DNA of 64,000 bases from Octopus sinensis. Taxonomy: Eukaryota. The position numbers and the translations under genes were made by a program. The notes under the pieces were generated by a model, which saw only the letters and a list, made by a program, of their open reading frames with translations, did not search any database and was not told the DNA's origin. The number at the start of each line of letters is the position of its first letter. Positions within the stretch are counted from its first letter, which is position 1. The stretch lies in the NCBI RefSeq assembly GCF_006345805.1, contig NC_043019.1:29511360-29575359 (forward strand). Direction: 5' to 3'. Below are positions 1 to 13,714 of the stretch, in pieces.

Positions 1-722
1 CTATATATAAAATGATAAAATATAATTGTCACACTAAACAGAAATAAATGAATCCTACTGGCTGACAATCTATTTTGTAGAAGTAGTTTCAGGACCAACT
101 TAAAAAGATTTGGGGTGGTTTTGTTGGGATGAGATGCTTTGTATGACATTTTTTTTTACTTCTTTAACTTTTGTGGAATTTGTTCTTACAGAAGAAAATG
201 TGTAAAGACATTTTTTTTATTTGTTTTCTACATATATTTCATATACTAGGTGTCTTTGGCAGGATATAGATTACACTCGCAATAAGATAAAATTCTCTTT
301 GTTTTTCTTTTGTAATTTTCTTCATACTTTTCGTAAATATATTTAACAGTTAAACATTTCGTAAAAAGAAAAACACATGAAGAATTTCAATTCACAGTGG
401 TCTTCATTTAAATAAAAGATTCTGACAAGCTCATACACAGACATTTTTATAAACTAAGAACAATTTGAAATAAAGAAAAACTGCTCAAAGTTTACAATAG
501 TATCACCACCAACTGCACGTAACTAACAGACATCTCTATTTAAACAAAGTGGTGACTTTTAACCAGTTCAAGAAAAAGTGTGTCTTTTTACGCACCTAAT
601 TATCTTTTTACATTTAAAACCATTGTACATTTAAAACTATTCATTCATGAGACGTGTATAGCCAATAACAAGGAAATGTTTCTTGCAATTTCTTTTTAAA
701 CTATTGTTCATATAACACACAT

Positions 723-743
723 ATGCCTAAACGCATATACACT

Positions 744-781
<38 letters not shown>

Positions 782-1058
782 TATACATACACACACACAT
801 ACAGACATATATACATATATATATACATATATATACATACACACACACATACAGACATATATACATACACACACATACAGATATATATACATACATACAG
901 ATATATATATATACATACAAATGCATACAGATACATATATATACATACAAATGCATACAGATACATATATATACATACAAATGCATACAGATACAGATAT
1001 ATATATATACACACATGCATACAGATACATATATATATATGTGTATATATATATATAT

Positions 1059-1105
<47 letters not shown>

Positions 1106-1190
1106 AAATATACATACAAACACATACAGAGGTGTGTGTGTGTGTACACCTATACAAACATATATGTGTTTGTATGTATGCGTGTATGCA
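723..1190. repeat. Compound (TA)n/(CA)n/(TACA)n microsatellite with a 30-bp higher-order unit in about 3 copies near 900-1000
   Basis: Seen directly. The unit ATACATATATATACATACAAATGCATACAG recurs. It explains the Y/I/C/V/M/H/T low-complexity ORFs at 701-1217. Confidence 0.95.
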
Positions 1191-1649
1191 TCACTGTGTA
1201 AATGTTTAAATTTCTAAACTGATGCATACAAAATTTCATAGAAATAAAATTGAATTAAGCCAAGCTTTAGAAATAACTGCCATCCTCTTCATTCAAACTC
1301 TTGTCAAAAACACAGTCTTTCAGAACAGGGCATAGATAACTGATGTATACTAAACAGAAGAGATTAAAGGAGGAGACACAACAAAGCTACATATGTCATT
1401 TACGAACCTTCAACATCAGATTTTATACTTCAACTTCGCAGTAAGAATTCCAACAATCTTCGGTACAAAGCTTCTCACAGATTTGTCTTTCAATGTAGCT
1501 CTTGCTAATCTGAATTAGCAGTTATGAAGAATTACAATTACGCAACTTATCTACCAGCTCTAAAAACAGACTTTGCTCTCCCCCTCACCATCCATCCATG
1601 AATTTTCAAAATAAAATACTTTGGGGGGAAAAAAATAAATAAATAAAAT

Positions 1650-1650
<1 letters not shown>

Positions 1651-1686
<36 letters not shown>

Positions 1687-1696
1687 TATCTATTTG

Positions 1697-1733
<37 letters not shown>

Positions 1734-1800
1734 TATCTATTTGTAAGGGAGAGAGAGAAAGGTGTCTATATGGAGAGAAACGGAGGGAGAGAGAAGAGAG
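1651..1800. repeat. (GA)n microsatellite with a duplicated interruption
   Basis: GAACGATATCTATTTGTA occurs twice (about 1681 and 1727) between (GA)n runs. Confidence 0.9.
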
Positions 1801-2723
1801 ATAGGAAGAAAGAAGAGTAAAGAATGTTATAGAAAAGGAGAACGGAGGAGGGTATACGGTAACAAAAGATAAGATCAATATGTAAATTGTAAATGCACAG
1901 TCATTTGCCCTATTTGTGCATTTTCAGTAAATTAAGACATTTAAACTAAGTAAAGACTTTGAATATTGTTCTTTCCCTTGAAAAAAAAAAATTTTTTAAA
2001 ACAGGATCAAACCAAGCGGAAAATGTAAGAAGTTCTCAACATGCTTCATATGATATTTATTATTAAGCTAATTAATTTACAGGTGGTTGCTGTTAGCAAT
2101 TTGAAATATTTTAAGAAAAATATCCAAAATAAAATGCAAAAACAAAAAGCTTTTTTTTCTTCTTTTTATCAACTAATAAAGTTATTTCCAATTGAAAAGA
2201 ATCTGTTAAAATGCACATGATTGTAAACTGATCACAAAAAAAGTAGTAGTAGTAATGAATAAGCAAAAAATTAAAAAAAAAACATTGTGATTTCTTTAAA
2301 AATATTTTATTTTCATTAAAAATAATTTTTGGTTATTGAAATTGTATTTCATTAGAATAAAAAAAATGTTTAAGGTTTTTAAAAACAAATATGTCAGAAT
2401 GAAATATTAAAATTAAATAAATAATAAACTTAAAAATTAAAATATCCATTAATAAACTATTATTATTATTATTACTGAACGAGTGTTTTTCCCTTAGTTA
2501 CTATAATGTGCAGATTTGGAAGTTGCACAATAATTTAATTATTCTTCTAAATCAGTAGAAAGAAGTCAGTCAGAAAGCACAAAAACGATTAATTCTACAA
2601 ATTTCATTTCAGAATAGCTATATTAAAACTCCAACAGTTAACAAATAAATATTTAATGCATTAAAACCTTTCCCTTACATTCTAGGTCTCATCTTTGACT
2701 CCTCGTTTATTATCATTATCATT

Positions 2724-2958
2724 GGTGAGCTCACAAAGTCATTAGCATGTCAGAGGCAATGCTTAGGTGACATTTCTTCTGGCTCTGTGTTCTGAGTTCA
2801 AATGCCACTGAGGCCAACTTTGACTTTCATCCTTTCAGGGTCAAAAAAGTAAGTACCAGTTGAGTACCAGGGTTGTCAATGTAATTGACCAGCCCCTCCA
2901 AACAAAATTTCAAGCCTTGTGTCAAATATTAAAAAGAATTATTATTATTATTATTATT
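2724..2958 (+). mobile_element. tRNA-derived SINE, family A (GGTGAGCTGGCAGAA...TGAGTTCAAAT head), diverged copy
   Basis: A-box-like and B-box-like (GAGTTCAAAT) motifs. Related copies lie at about 7551, 19085, 19850, 24430, 44850, 46330, 52620, 57350 and 60100-60480. Confidence 0.8.
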
Positions 2959-3509
2959 ATTTTGAATTTAAACTTAGTGGTTTCATCTCTGGCTAAGTAT
3001 CCCCCACTAACAGTCCAACAATCAATAATTCTATGAGCCAACCCAACCATTAGTAATAATATATAGCTAAGCCTGATAGGGTCAAATATTATGCTTGGCT
3101 CTTGCTCTCTGATGGTATATAAGCCTGTTTTGCCTGTACAAGTTTTTATGAGTGAGGTCACTAAGTTCAATGACATCTTTAGAATAGACATGCCTTTTAA
3201 CAATTCTATAACTTAGAACCACATTTTGCTATCCACCCTTGTAATTAACAGATTGTAATCCCACCCAATTTACTTTTCTTAAAAAGTTTCAAAATTTCAC
3301 TTGTTGATGATCTGTTGATCAATTAGCATATCGCTGATCCTTTGTCTATTTCATAAGTCTGATGAGTTGAGAGATATTAGTTACATAATGTGTAACGTAA
3401 TCTTATGGGTGTAGTGCATACTACATATCTGCTTATACCATGTTTACATAATAAAGACTCTTGATAAAGGAATTGAAGCAGTACCAGATTACTCATTTGC
3501 CTGTTTTAT

Positions 3510-3569
<60 letters not shown>

Positions 3570-3570
3570 T

Positions 3571-3617
<47 letters not shown>

Positions 3618-6336
3618 AATATGCATAGACATGGTTAAGAAATTATTTTGCAATCATGTACTTTGTAGATTCACCTCTTCATTGCACAGTACTCTGGGCA
3701 GGTGTTTTCAGCTATAGACTGTAGTAGAATTTGGAAGACAAAAACTGCTCAGAAGTTCATTGTGAGTGTGTTTGTGTGTATACACATTCATATATATATG
3801 TGTGTGCATGTGAGTGTCATGTTCTTTATGTTTGTGCCGCTTACTGTCTCGTATCTTGGTAGTTCAACAACTAAACATCAATAAAATAAGTGCCAGGCTG
3901 AAATATGTACTGAAGTTGTTATACTCAACTTAAACATATCAAGTTGGAAGCTAGTGCCCCAGCATGGCCACAGTCAAATTACTAAAACCTGTAAAAATAC
4001 ACACACACACACACACATATCGTGCACATACATATTGGCGTATTATTAGCATTTCAATTCTTCTGTGTGTTCCTTAATATATTGATATTTTCATGAACTT
4101 TTCCAATAACAATGAATACTGATTAGAATTCATTGTTCTAATCCCCAAATAACAATGAGCTTTCTCTACTACAGAAGACTGTGTTTGTCAGCAAACATAG
4201 AGGCAGGGGGCATTATTTGACATTATTTAACATTCAGAAATCCCAAGCATGCTATATGAGAGCAAGTAATTACTTGCATCTCCGTGATTCTAACATCTCT
4301 TGTCCATTTTTCCAGCCGAGTAAGCAGCGCAAAACTAGAAAACTCATAATGACAAGTCAGAAACTGACTGATACGTACCAAATAACGAAAAATCTTAATT
4401 ACGGTATAGATTTTCTGAAATACCCTCGTTTAATTGCTTAGAAGATAGTCGGATAGTCACAACGAAAATTAATGTCAAACTAGACTCAGGCAGTTGTTGG
4501 ACTAACTGTGGCAAGGATCAAATTCAATTGAGCATCAAACACAGTTCATTGTAGTAATCTGAATAACAATTAATGGATATAAGTGTCATGTTTATTCAAA
4601 CTTAGAAAATTACAAAAACACTGCATTCATATATAGGTGTATATATATGTGTGCTTGTTTGTGTATATAAGACAGATGGACAAACAGATAAATATATATA
4701 TATACATAATACATGGGAGACAGACAGGCAGCCAGATAAATATTCATGCATATCACACATGTATGCATTTGTATTATACATGTGTGTGAGAGAGAGAGAG
4801 AGAAAGAAAGAGCAAGAGAGAGACAGGCTGACACAGATTATATATACATGCTTAAATGCATATGCACACATATGCACATGCGCATGTTTATATATGTGTG
4901 TATATGTGTGCTCAAGTGTGTGCGTACTAATTTCCCATTGTAATATATGAAGTGACAACAGAAAACAGTTAATAGATATTGTGAAGTCAGGCATTAATGA
5001 TTGAGAACAAATGAAAAAAATATGGTAATGCAATTCAGTATTGAATTGAATATAAATTGCAACTTAAAACACTATACATCCGAAAGTCACATTTTCAATA
5101 TTTATTTATTCAACATGCTTCCAGCCAGTTTAAATCGAATTACGTGTGCATATGGAATTTATATATACATATATATATATATACATATATACACACACAC
5201 ATTCATCTGCATCTTTGGTCTGAAGAAATAACTAATTGTCATTCTTATATAAGAATTCCAAAGAGATACTGTAGGTTGTGAGAACACACACAAACACATA
5301 CGCAAATTGTTGAAAGAATATTTTATTACGTTCGAGTTATGTGTGTATCAAGAGTAACAAATTCACTGATTCAATAAATTGAAATTTATAAAAACAGATT
5401 ATCAGATAAACAAGAAAATTACTGTTATATTCCTCATTTTGCATTATAGTATAGACCCTTTGGATGTAGTACATGAGGTGAAAACATGAAGAATGTTATT
5501 CCTGTTTTTAGATGCATATGCCCACATAATTAGTTATCCTGAAGCAAAATGGAGTGCTGACAGCTTGTTAATTGAACCTTTTTCATCAGATTTAACACTT
5601 AATCGACTAAGATACAGGGAAGTGTCAGCTCTTATTTGAATGAAGAATTATTTTTAAACGGAATGATGAAAATGAACAGTTGGTTGGTTGATTGGTTAGT
5701 TACTTAAACTCAGATCAACCTTGATCAAGTAGTTAAAAAAAAAGAGTTAAACTTTGTCATTGGCTTACAGGCTCATTAGGTTGCAGCTTAACCAGATTAC
5801 CATGGTAGTGACAGAAAGAGAATCAGTCCATCATAAGGTTAACAAACCCTAGCTGTAGCTGCTACCTATTTTCAGTCGAGTGGTCTAGAGAAACATGTCG
5901 AATGTGATGCTTATCTATTCACATTATTTTGAATCAATCATGCATTATCTCATAGCTTCAAGATTTCAATGATGTGATTGCTTATTTTCAGAATGACATT
6001 GTAGGGTAAAGGGTAAACCAAGGAAACCACCAACTTTCAGTTATTGGATTCTTCTTCCATTATTCATTCCAAGTGAACGATATAGCTTTTATGCAGTCGC
6101 TCATTCTGCTAAAAATAGCAATGACATCTCTTTCATATCACTCCTCACTATATAAACTAAAAGATTGTATAGTCATGGTCAGGTCAGAATACTTTTGAGT
6201 ATAGGTCTACTGACGTAGGTCAGTGAAAGGCACATAGTATAGAAGTTAGGGAGTTGGGCTCATAATTTTATACGGTTGCAGGGCTCAGTTACTTGAGTAA
6301 ATGGGACATTGTCTTTTGTAAAGCACTTTATTCTAA

Positions 6337-6553
6337 CCCTTTAGCATTGAAACTGGCCATATCAGGCCCTAATATTCTATTTGTTTTATGTTCAAACTAG
6401 CCAGATCTGACCTCTCACACCTACCCTACAATGTCATTCTAAAAATAAGCAATCACACCATGAAAATCTCAGCTACATGATAATGCATGATTAATTCAAA
6501 GAACAAGAATAAATAAGCATTACATCTGACAAAGTAATCTGAATGCTAAAGGG
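6337..6553. mobile_element. piggyBac-type non-autonomous MITE
   Basis: Termini CCCTTTAGCATT...AATGCTAAAGGG. Flanks are CTAA (left) and TTAA (right). Same family as 9758, 23316, 39879, 41091 and 55724. Confidence 0.8.
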
Positions 6554-7100
6554 TTAAAAAAAATAACAAAAATTGATCCAAAGTTTAAGAGTGACATCAG
6601 AGATTCTCTTATTACTAGTTCTTTTATTGCCTGAGAACTAAATGAGACACTGATGGGAGAGAAGATGACATTGAACAGGGGTTTATAAACACATTTTTGT
6701 ATAAAATTCAGTTAATTTTACAACCAAATTTTACAACCTAGATATAACATACCCATGGTATAACATGCCAACCTACTAATGATTTTCATAAGCCAATGAT
6801 GAAGCCTCTAGTTGCTCAAACTGCTAAGAAAAGCAGCTAAATCACCTTGAAAATGAATCCATAACAAGTCAAGAATTGTTGGAGTATTGGATTAAATACC
6901 ACATGAGCATTTTGCTCAATTTCTGCATTCTGAGTTTAAATTTTGCCAAAGTCAGCTTTACCTCTCGTAGTGTTGCTTTGAGTAAAACAGCCTCACATAG
7001 TGAGAAGCTTTTCCACCATGTGAGTTTTTACTCAAAGTACATACTTTTTCTCTTACACACACACACATTATATATATCTTTTCTCTTTCTCTCCTGTCAA

Positions 7101-7423
7101 GGTGCATGGCTTAGTGGTTAGGATATTTGGTTCACGATAGTAAAGTTATGTGTTCAATACCCAGTGGCATACTGGGTCCTTGAGCAAGGCACTTTATTTC
7201 ACATTGCTTCAGTGCACTCAGCTGGCAAAAGTACGTAGTACCTGTAGTTCAATGGGCCAACATTGTCGCATTCTGTGTCACACTGAATCTCCCTAAGAAC
7301 TACATTACGGTTGTGCTTGTCTGCGGAGTGCTCAGTCATGTTAATTTCACAATCATGAGTAAGCTGTTCCATTTATTGGATCGACTGGAACACGCTTGGT
7401 CATAACCAACAGAATGCCAGTTT
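7101..7423 (+). mobile_element. tRNA-derived SINE, family C, with 11-bp TSD
   Basis: A-box-like TGGCTTAGTGG and B-box-like GTTCAATACCC. TCTCCTGTCAA is duplicated at 7090-7100 and 7424-7434. Related fragments lie near 20660-20960, 30180-30350 and 43600-43790. Confidence 0.8.
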
Positions 7424-7550
7424 TCTCCTGTCAATAGAGTACTGTCCAAAACGTAGATCAATATTATCTCTTCCTGACAATATAAAATTAGTAACAATAT
7501 AGTTCATATGTATCCCAGTTTTAGATTAGGAATGCTGCGCATTGCATATC

Positions 7551-7767
7551 TATTTCTTTATTGCCCACAAGGGGCTAAACACAGAGCGGACAAACAAGGA
7601 CAAAGAGATTAAGTTGATTACATTGATCTCAATACGCAACTGGTACTTATTTAATCGACCCCGAAAGGATGAAAGACAAAGTCGACCTCGGCGGAATTTG
7701 AACTCAGAACGTAAAGACAGACGAAATACCGCTAAGCATTTCGCCCGGCATGCTAACGTTTCTGCCA
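7551..7767 (-). mobile_element. Young tRNA-derived SINE, family A, with 12-bp TSD
   Basis: GCATTGCATATC occurs at 7539-7550 and 7768-7779. CpGs are intact, and the minus-strand B box is GAGTTCAAATTCC. Confidence 0.9.
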
Positions 7768-8634
7768 GCATTGCATATCATAAGAGGTAACTAAAAGTAT
7801 TGACAACAGGAAGGGGAGCCACCCAAAAAATGCTGACTCAAAAGGTCCTGTCTAACCCATACCAGCATGGAAAAGTAGACTTAAAATGTGATTATTTCTT
7901 TTATTTGATATAGCTACAGTCATTCTGGAGGACTGATGATAATGATGATGATGAGTACCCTTTTTTTGTTTTGTTTTTCTATTTGTTGTTGAGTTCCTCG
8001 TAGCTTTTTACTTCTTAAAACTAACAAGTTTTCTATCATACTGACAACTTCTCATTATATTCCCAAATCACAGAATTGTGAGAGATTTGACAGTTTCATA
8101 ATTTCCCAAATATCAAGAATGGCAACAGTCATGGCTTATAATTATAGCTTTGGGATTATGAAGAGTGTTCTGAAGGCATTTCCAGCCTTGTCTAGTTTAT
8201 TTTTAATTTAAAATAATATTGCTTTAATTATCAGCAAAGTCATTTTAAAGAAAACACATTTTTTCTTTCAAAGAAAATAATTGCTCAGTTTTGTTCAACA
8301 TGCTGTAACAGACAACGAAGGAACCTCTACATGATTACACAATTTGCTAGAAAAAGCATCAAAAAACCCTCCCCAAATTATACCTCACTGCCTAAATGAA
8401 GGGATTTTGATTATATAATCCCTGATATCCCTAAAAAGATAGGATGGTTATAGCTGTGATACTTTTGATCATAGGGCTACTTGATCAAGGTTGATATGGA
8501 CTGAACAACAACCAGTTCTCCATAAGCCAACACAGGAGCTTTCTGGGAGTCATTCAACCAACTAGAAGTATCAACCAAATTTCCCTCAAATTCTATTGTC
8601 TTAGAAAAGAAGAATACCTTAGAAAATGCAGTCC

Positions 8635-8666
<32 letters not shown>

Positions 8667-9757
8667 AAAATAAGATGGATGCACCTGGTTGGAATGCTTT
8701 TGGTCATACATTTGCTCAGTTAAGATTGACCTGGGGCTAATAAGCATCAACAACAGGTTTCGTTAAAAACCGAAATAACCCTGAAATTTTGAGAGCCCAG
8801 AAACAAAGCATAATTTCATTTATGAATTGGAACAAACATTAAAATTGCTTCATCCTCTAAAATGTAGAAGCCATCTACTAAATTCCACAAATAATAGTAA
8901 TAATATAAAAATGCTATGTTCTGACATAATTGATATAGAAGATACTGAAAAATAGTTTAAAATCTTATTGAGAAGTGTTCTTCTAATGCAACGATTTCAA
9001 TTATCATAAAACATTCATATTTTAGTTGTGAATATCCAAAAGCATTTCAGTTTGTATTTTATAGTTTACTTAGCAAGTTATGAATGACTCAACTGTTAAG
9101 ATTTTTCAATGTAAAATGATGTTAGACTTTACAACCATCAATTTGAAAGAAAAACAAATAGGCCCATTATAGTTACACCAGAATTTTTTTCTTTAAAGAG
9201 TTTTCTAAACATAATAATAAATGCTTACACTTATTTATAAAATTATATTATAGCACAACATTGTTACTTGTTTTTATGAATTTAAAATTCTTTTCTCTAT
9301 TTTTTTTTTTTTTTTGTCTTTTCAAATCTTTATAAAATCTTTAAAATGTAAGCTATAAAACACTAACATGTTTTATTACTGAATATAGCTCCATATTTCC
9401 TTTGAAGTTTGTAAATTCTTCACAAAATGTAAGACGTTCAACAAAAACCTCTTACATGATTACTCAAATTGCTAAAAACGGCAGCCAAATCTCCCTCAAA
9501 GTACAACCCTATCGTAGGAAAAGTAACCCCACATACCTCTAAAAAGACAGAGTGGTCCTGATTGGAATGACTTTCTTCATAGGTCAGCCCATCTTCATGT
9601 CCACTTAGCCACACTGGCATGGGGTGGATGAGATTTCTTTAGGCAGTATTCTATGGTCAGATGCTCTTCCTGAGGCCAACCTTTCTTGTTTACAAGTAAG
9701 ATACTTTATCCAAGTCTTTGGACATTGAGCTACATAGCTGCAAGAGTTTAGATTCAA

Positions 9758-10084
9758 CCCTTTAGCATTCAGATTACTTGTCAACATTAATACTTATCAA
9801 TTCACATGGTTTTGGACTAATCATGCATTATCTTCTAACTTTGTGATTTCAATGATATGACTGTATATTTTTGGAATGACATTACAGGGTACTCTTTTAC
9901 TCGCTTCAGTCATTTGACTGTGGCCATGCTGGAGCACCACCTTTAGTTGAGCAAATCGATCCCAGGACTTATTGTATGAAAGCCTAGTACTTATTCTACT
10001 GGTCTCTTTTGCTGAACCGCTAAGTTACGGGGACGTAAACACACCAGCATCGATTATCAAGCGATGTTGGGAGGACAAACACAG

Positions 10085-10128
<44 letters not shown>

Positions 10129-10379
10129 CGGGCTTCTTTCAGTTTCCGTCTACCAAATCCACTCACAATTGCTTTGGTCAGCCCGAGGCTATAGTAGAAG
10201 ACACTTGCCCAAGGTGCCATGTAGTGGGACTGAATCCAGAACCATGTGGTTGGTAAGCAAGCTACTTACCACACAGCCACTCCTACACCCACAAGATGTA
10301 AGAAGTCAGATTTTGACAACTTGAACATAAAACTGGTAGAACACTTGGGCTGAATATGGCCAGTTTAAACGCTAAAGGG
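9758..10379. mobile_element. piggyBac-type MITE split by a nested SINE
   Basis: CCCTTTAGCATT at 9758 and CTAAAGGG|TTAA at 10379. The two halves are separated by the SINE at about 9891-10290. Confidence 0.75.
9891..10290 (-). mobile_element. Composite tRNA-derived SINE, family B (tRNA head, CTTGGGCAAGT core, (TA)/(TG) tract, CR1/L2-like tail)
   Basis: Head GGAGTGGCTGTGTGG...GGTTCAGTCCC-like. The core resembles CORE-SINEs such as MIR and octopus OR2 (recalled, not aligned). Many copies occur, e.g. 11030-11690, 13065-13860, 18520-18890, 35530-35915, 41833-42215, 48295-48695, 49770-50105 and 61030-61632. Confidence 0.85.
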
Positions 10380-11269
10380 TTAAGCAGCACATATATGTTA
10401 CTGATGCCCAAGCAGTGTCAATACAAAGACAGACCTAAACAAATACACACATTTTTTATATAATGTAGGCTTCAACATAGTTTCTAGCCAATTTTCATTC
10501 ATGAGACATTGGTCAACCTGAGGGCATTGTAGCAGGGATTGAACTCAAAATCATGTGGTTACAAGGTGAACTTCATAACTAAATGACACACTTACACCAA
10601 GGAATCCTTTGGTAATACTTGTATGTGCTGAAACTTTCATTTTGTGAAACATGTTTATGGAGATATCTGATACAAACAAGCAGATTTAACAAATCTGAAC
10701 GTTTCATTTTTCTTGGGAAAAAAAAAAGGATTTTTGTTTTTGAAAATTGATCTCACTACTAATTAAAGCAAAATTATCTCAAATTAGGAATTAAAAAAAG
10801 ATGAGATTAGAAATCCCGCTCAGAATCCCTAAACCATAATCATAAAGCTCAACTGTAATCATGCATGATATCAAGGAAACTACAAGACTAGGAATTCTTG
10901 CATAATTCTGTATTTCAGAATCATAATGAGAAAGTTTCGTTGCCAGAGAAAAATTTGTTAAATAAAAGAACCTCTACTGGTTAAAAACATTACTGCATAT
11001 TGTGAAATGGCACCTTATCTTTTATTTGCTACTACTTTCAGTCAATGGACTGCAGCCATGTTGGGGCATCACCTTGAAGGGCTTAGACAAACAAATTGAC
11101 CCTAGTGTACACATATATATATATCTTTTTAAAGTCTGATACTTATCTCATCAGTCTCTTTTGCTGAACTGCTAAGTTACAGGAACAAACCAACACTGGT
11201 TGTGAAGCAGTAGTGGGGGGCAAAAACAAACACACGCATATATATATATATATATATATATATACAAAA

Positions 11270-11510
11270 TAAGAAAATGGAGAAATACATCGAAATCATA
11301 TATATATATAAATGGCCCCGTGTGTATCGTTGGCGATTTTCTTTCTCCATCTTCCCTCCCTTGGACCTTTCCTTTTTCTGTGTTTCTGATGAAGAGCTCC
11401 GCACGAAACGTTAAATCCTCCTTCTTTCCTGAGCGTCCAATAACGCTATACTTGTTCCATGTCCTCACGTTGTTATATTTCTCTTTGTTCATGTTTGGAT
11501 TACCTGTATA
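11270..11510 (+). mobile_element. Penelope-like-element-type terminal fragment inserted in the (TA)n tract of a family B SINE
   Basis: It has (TA)n on both sides and carries CTGATGAAGAGC..GCACGAAACGT. It shares TTCCTGAGCGT with the 29020 fragment. The PLE assignment is inferred from the hammerhead motif. Confidence 0.55.
11383..11415 (+). ncRNA. Minimal type I hammerhead ribozyme motif, probably decayed
   Basis: CTGATGA at 11386-11392, stem II GAGC/GCAC with one mismatch, GAAA at 11405-11408, palindromic ACGT stem III and a short stem I (TTT/AAA). Confidence 0.55.
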
Positions 11511-13670
11511 TATATATATATACACACACAAGCATACAAATACAACAGGTTTCTTTCAGTCCACCAAATCTATTCACAAGGCTTTGGTCAGCCCAAGGCT
11601 TTTGTAGAAGACACTTGCTCAATATGAACTGAACCTGGAACTATATGGTTGAGAAGCGAACTTCTTACTAGACAGTCACACCTCTCTGCTTTGTAATCTC
11701 GTGGTGGCCGAATCAATCCTAGAAGTGTTTTCTACCATTTCTTTGTGCCAACCTACACTTTGCTTTATAAACTGTACTTGTATAAGGTGAACATAGCTAC
11801 TTGACCTGCTGGTACCTTCAGCAGAGTTCACTCTTTCGCAAACATTGGAACCAGGCTTCTTGTTCAAGGATAACATAATATCCTGATCAGTGCTCCCTAT
11901 TGTAGCAACATATGAATAATGGTTTTTTTACTTCATCTTTTGTCTCGCCAGTGTTGGACTCCTTAAAGAGGTCATGGACATTTCCCTTTTCCTCTCACTG
12001 AGCCAGTCATAAAAAAAAATTTGCATTGAACTTATTTATCATTTCTGTTGTTCAGCCTCAAGCTTGTATCAAACAAACCTACACCAAAAGGCATTCCAGC
12101 AGTGACCATCCCATTTTCTAGTAATATTTACATCTATTTTAACCAATGAATACATCCTTCACTTGTTTTAAGAAGGTATGGTTTAATTTGAAAGAGATAT
12201 GGTGGCTATTTCTAGCAGCTCGTTGTTGTTTCTTTTGTACAGCCCTAGGACAACCCTGATCAAGCAGACCTATGATCAACAAACAATCCAGTAGTGACCA
12301 TCCTGTTTTTTTAAGAATACCTAAGACTACATGAATCAAGGTGACCTTCTTTTTCTTAAAGATGGTAGGCATGATCTGAGAGAGATTTGACTGCTATTTC
12401 TAGCCACTACAGTGACCGCATAGGTTTCCCCTCATCAAAATTAGCTGCTGAATTACAAGAAAAAAAAAACTACTGATTATTGCAACCAAAAGAAACAATC
12501 ATATGATAAACGGTAGGCCATGAGGAGAAAAACAATTAAGAATGTCCATATTAATATCGTAATGGTCTTTAATTAAATTAAATTAGCTTCATATTGAATA
12601 GTGAATGTTTTACACTTCAAGTAATTAGAGACAACTTTTGTATTTCTTTTTTTTTATTATAAAACGCATCATGAACTTGAATCTTATTGTCTCGCTAACA
12701 TTTTTCTCAGCGCAGCTAATTAAGAATTTAAGTCTTTCATAAATGGTATAATCACTGCAAATTCTACATGTTAAAATCAAAGTCTATTAAAATTTATATC
12801 CAAAATTATTCAACGTTGAGTACTGGAAAATAAATTACATCAGAAATAGACATATTTCTGAAGAATGCATGACAAGTTCTATTTCAGTAACAAGCTGACA
12901 GAATTAACTATTTATATATTCCATTATATGCATTTATTGCTTAACAAGTATCTGACGCTTTTTGTGCGTTTCTTAAATGGCTTAGAAACACCTTCCATGC
13001 TGCAGTTGTTTTCGTTCCAGCACAAGATCTCAGATCAGGTCACTTGCTATGCAAGTACATTTCCAAGTATCTTATCTTTTACTTTATTTCAGTCATTGGA
13101 TTGCAGCCATGCTGGCTTACAACTTTGGAGGGTTTAGTCATACAAATCAACCCCAATACTTAATTTTTTTTTTTTTTCAGTTTTTTAAAGTCTGGTACTT
13201 ACACTATCAGCCTCTTTTCACTGAGCTGCTAAGTTACAAGGATGTAAACAGATCTACACAAATTGTCAGGTGGTGGTGAGGGACAAACACACAGACACAC
13301 ACACACACACACATATATATAGATATATATATATATGTAAATTAGAAAAAAAAACACCTTTTATCAATTCATTGATGAAAAAATTAAATTATACCATTTA
13401 GAAAAATTACATATTATAGAAAGATTAAATATAAGATAAAATATAAACTAATGACTAAACATAATTATAATCAGGAGTCAGCTAACTGCATCACCAGGCA
13501 CAAAATTTAGCTGACCCCTGACTATAATTATGTTTATAATGATAGAATATTTGTATAATTTTACCGAAAAAAGTTATTTTAACGTAACAAACTACTTGGT
13601 AATATTATTAATTGTTAATTAATTGATTAATTAATTAATTAATTAATTAATTTTACCCTTTTATTATTAT

Positions 13671-13714
<44 letters not shown>

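Noticed and set aside
701-1217. Long ORFs rich in Y/I/C/V/M/H/T (also 53191-55250 and 59427-60024)
   Set aside because: They are translations of TA/CA microsatellites, which lack stop codons in most frames.
2686-2730. Apparent plus-strand exon GLIFDSSFIIIIIG with a GTGAGC donor
   Set aside because: The donor is the start of a family A SINE.
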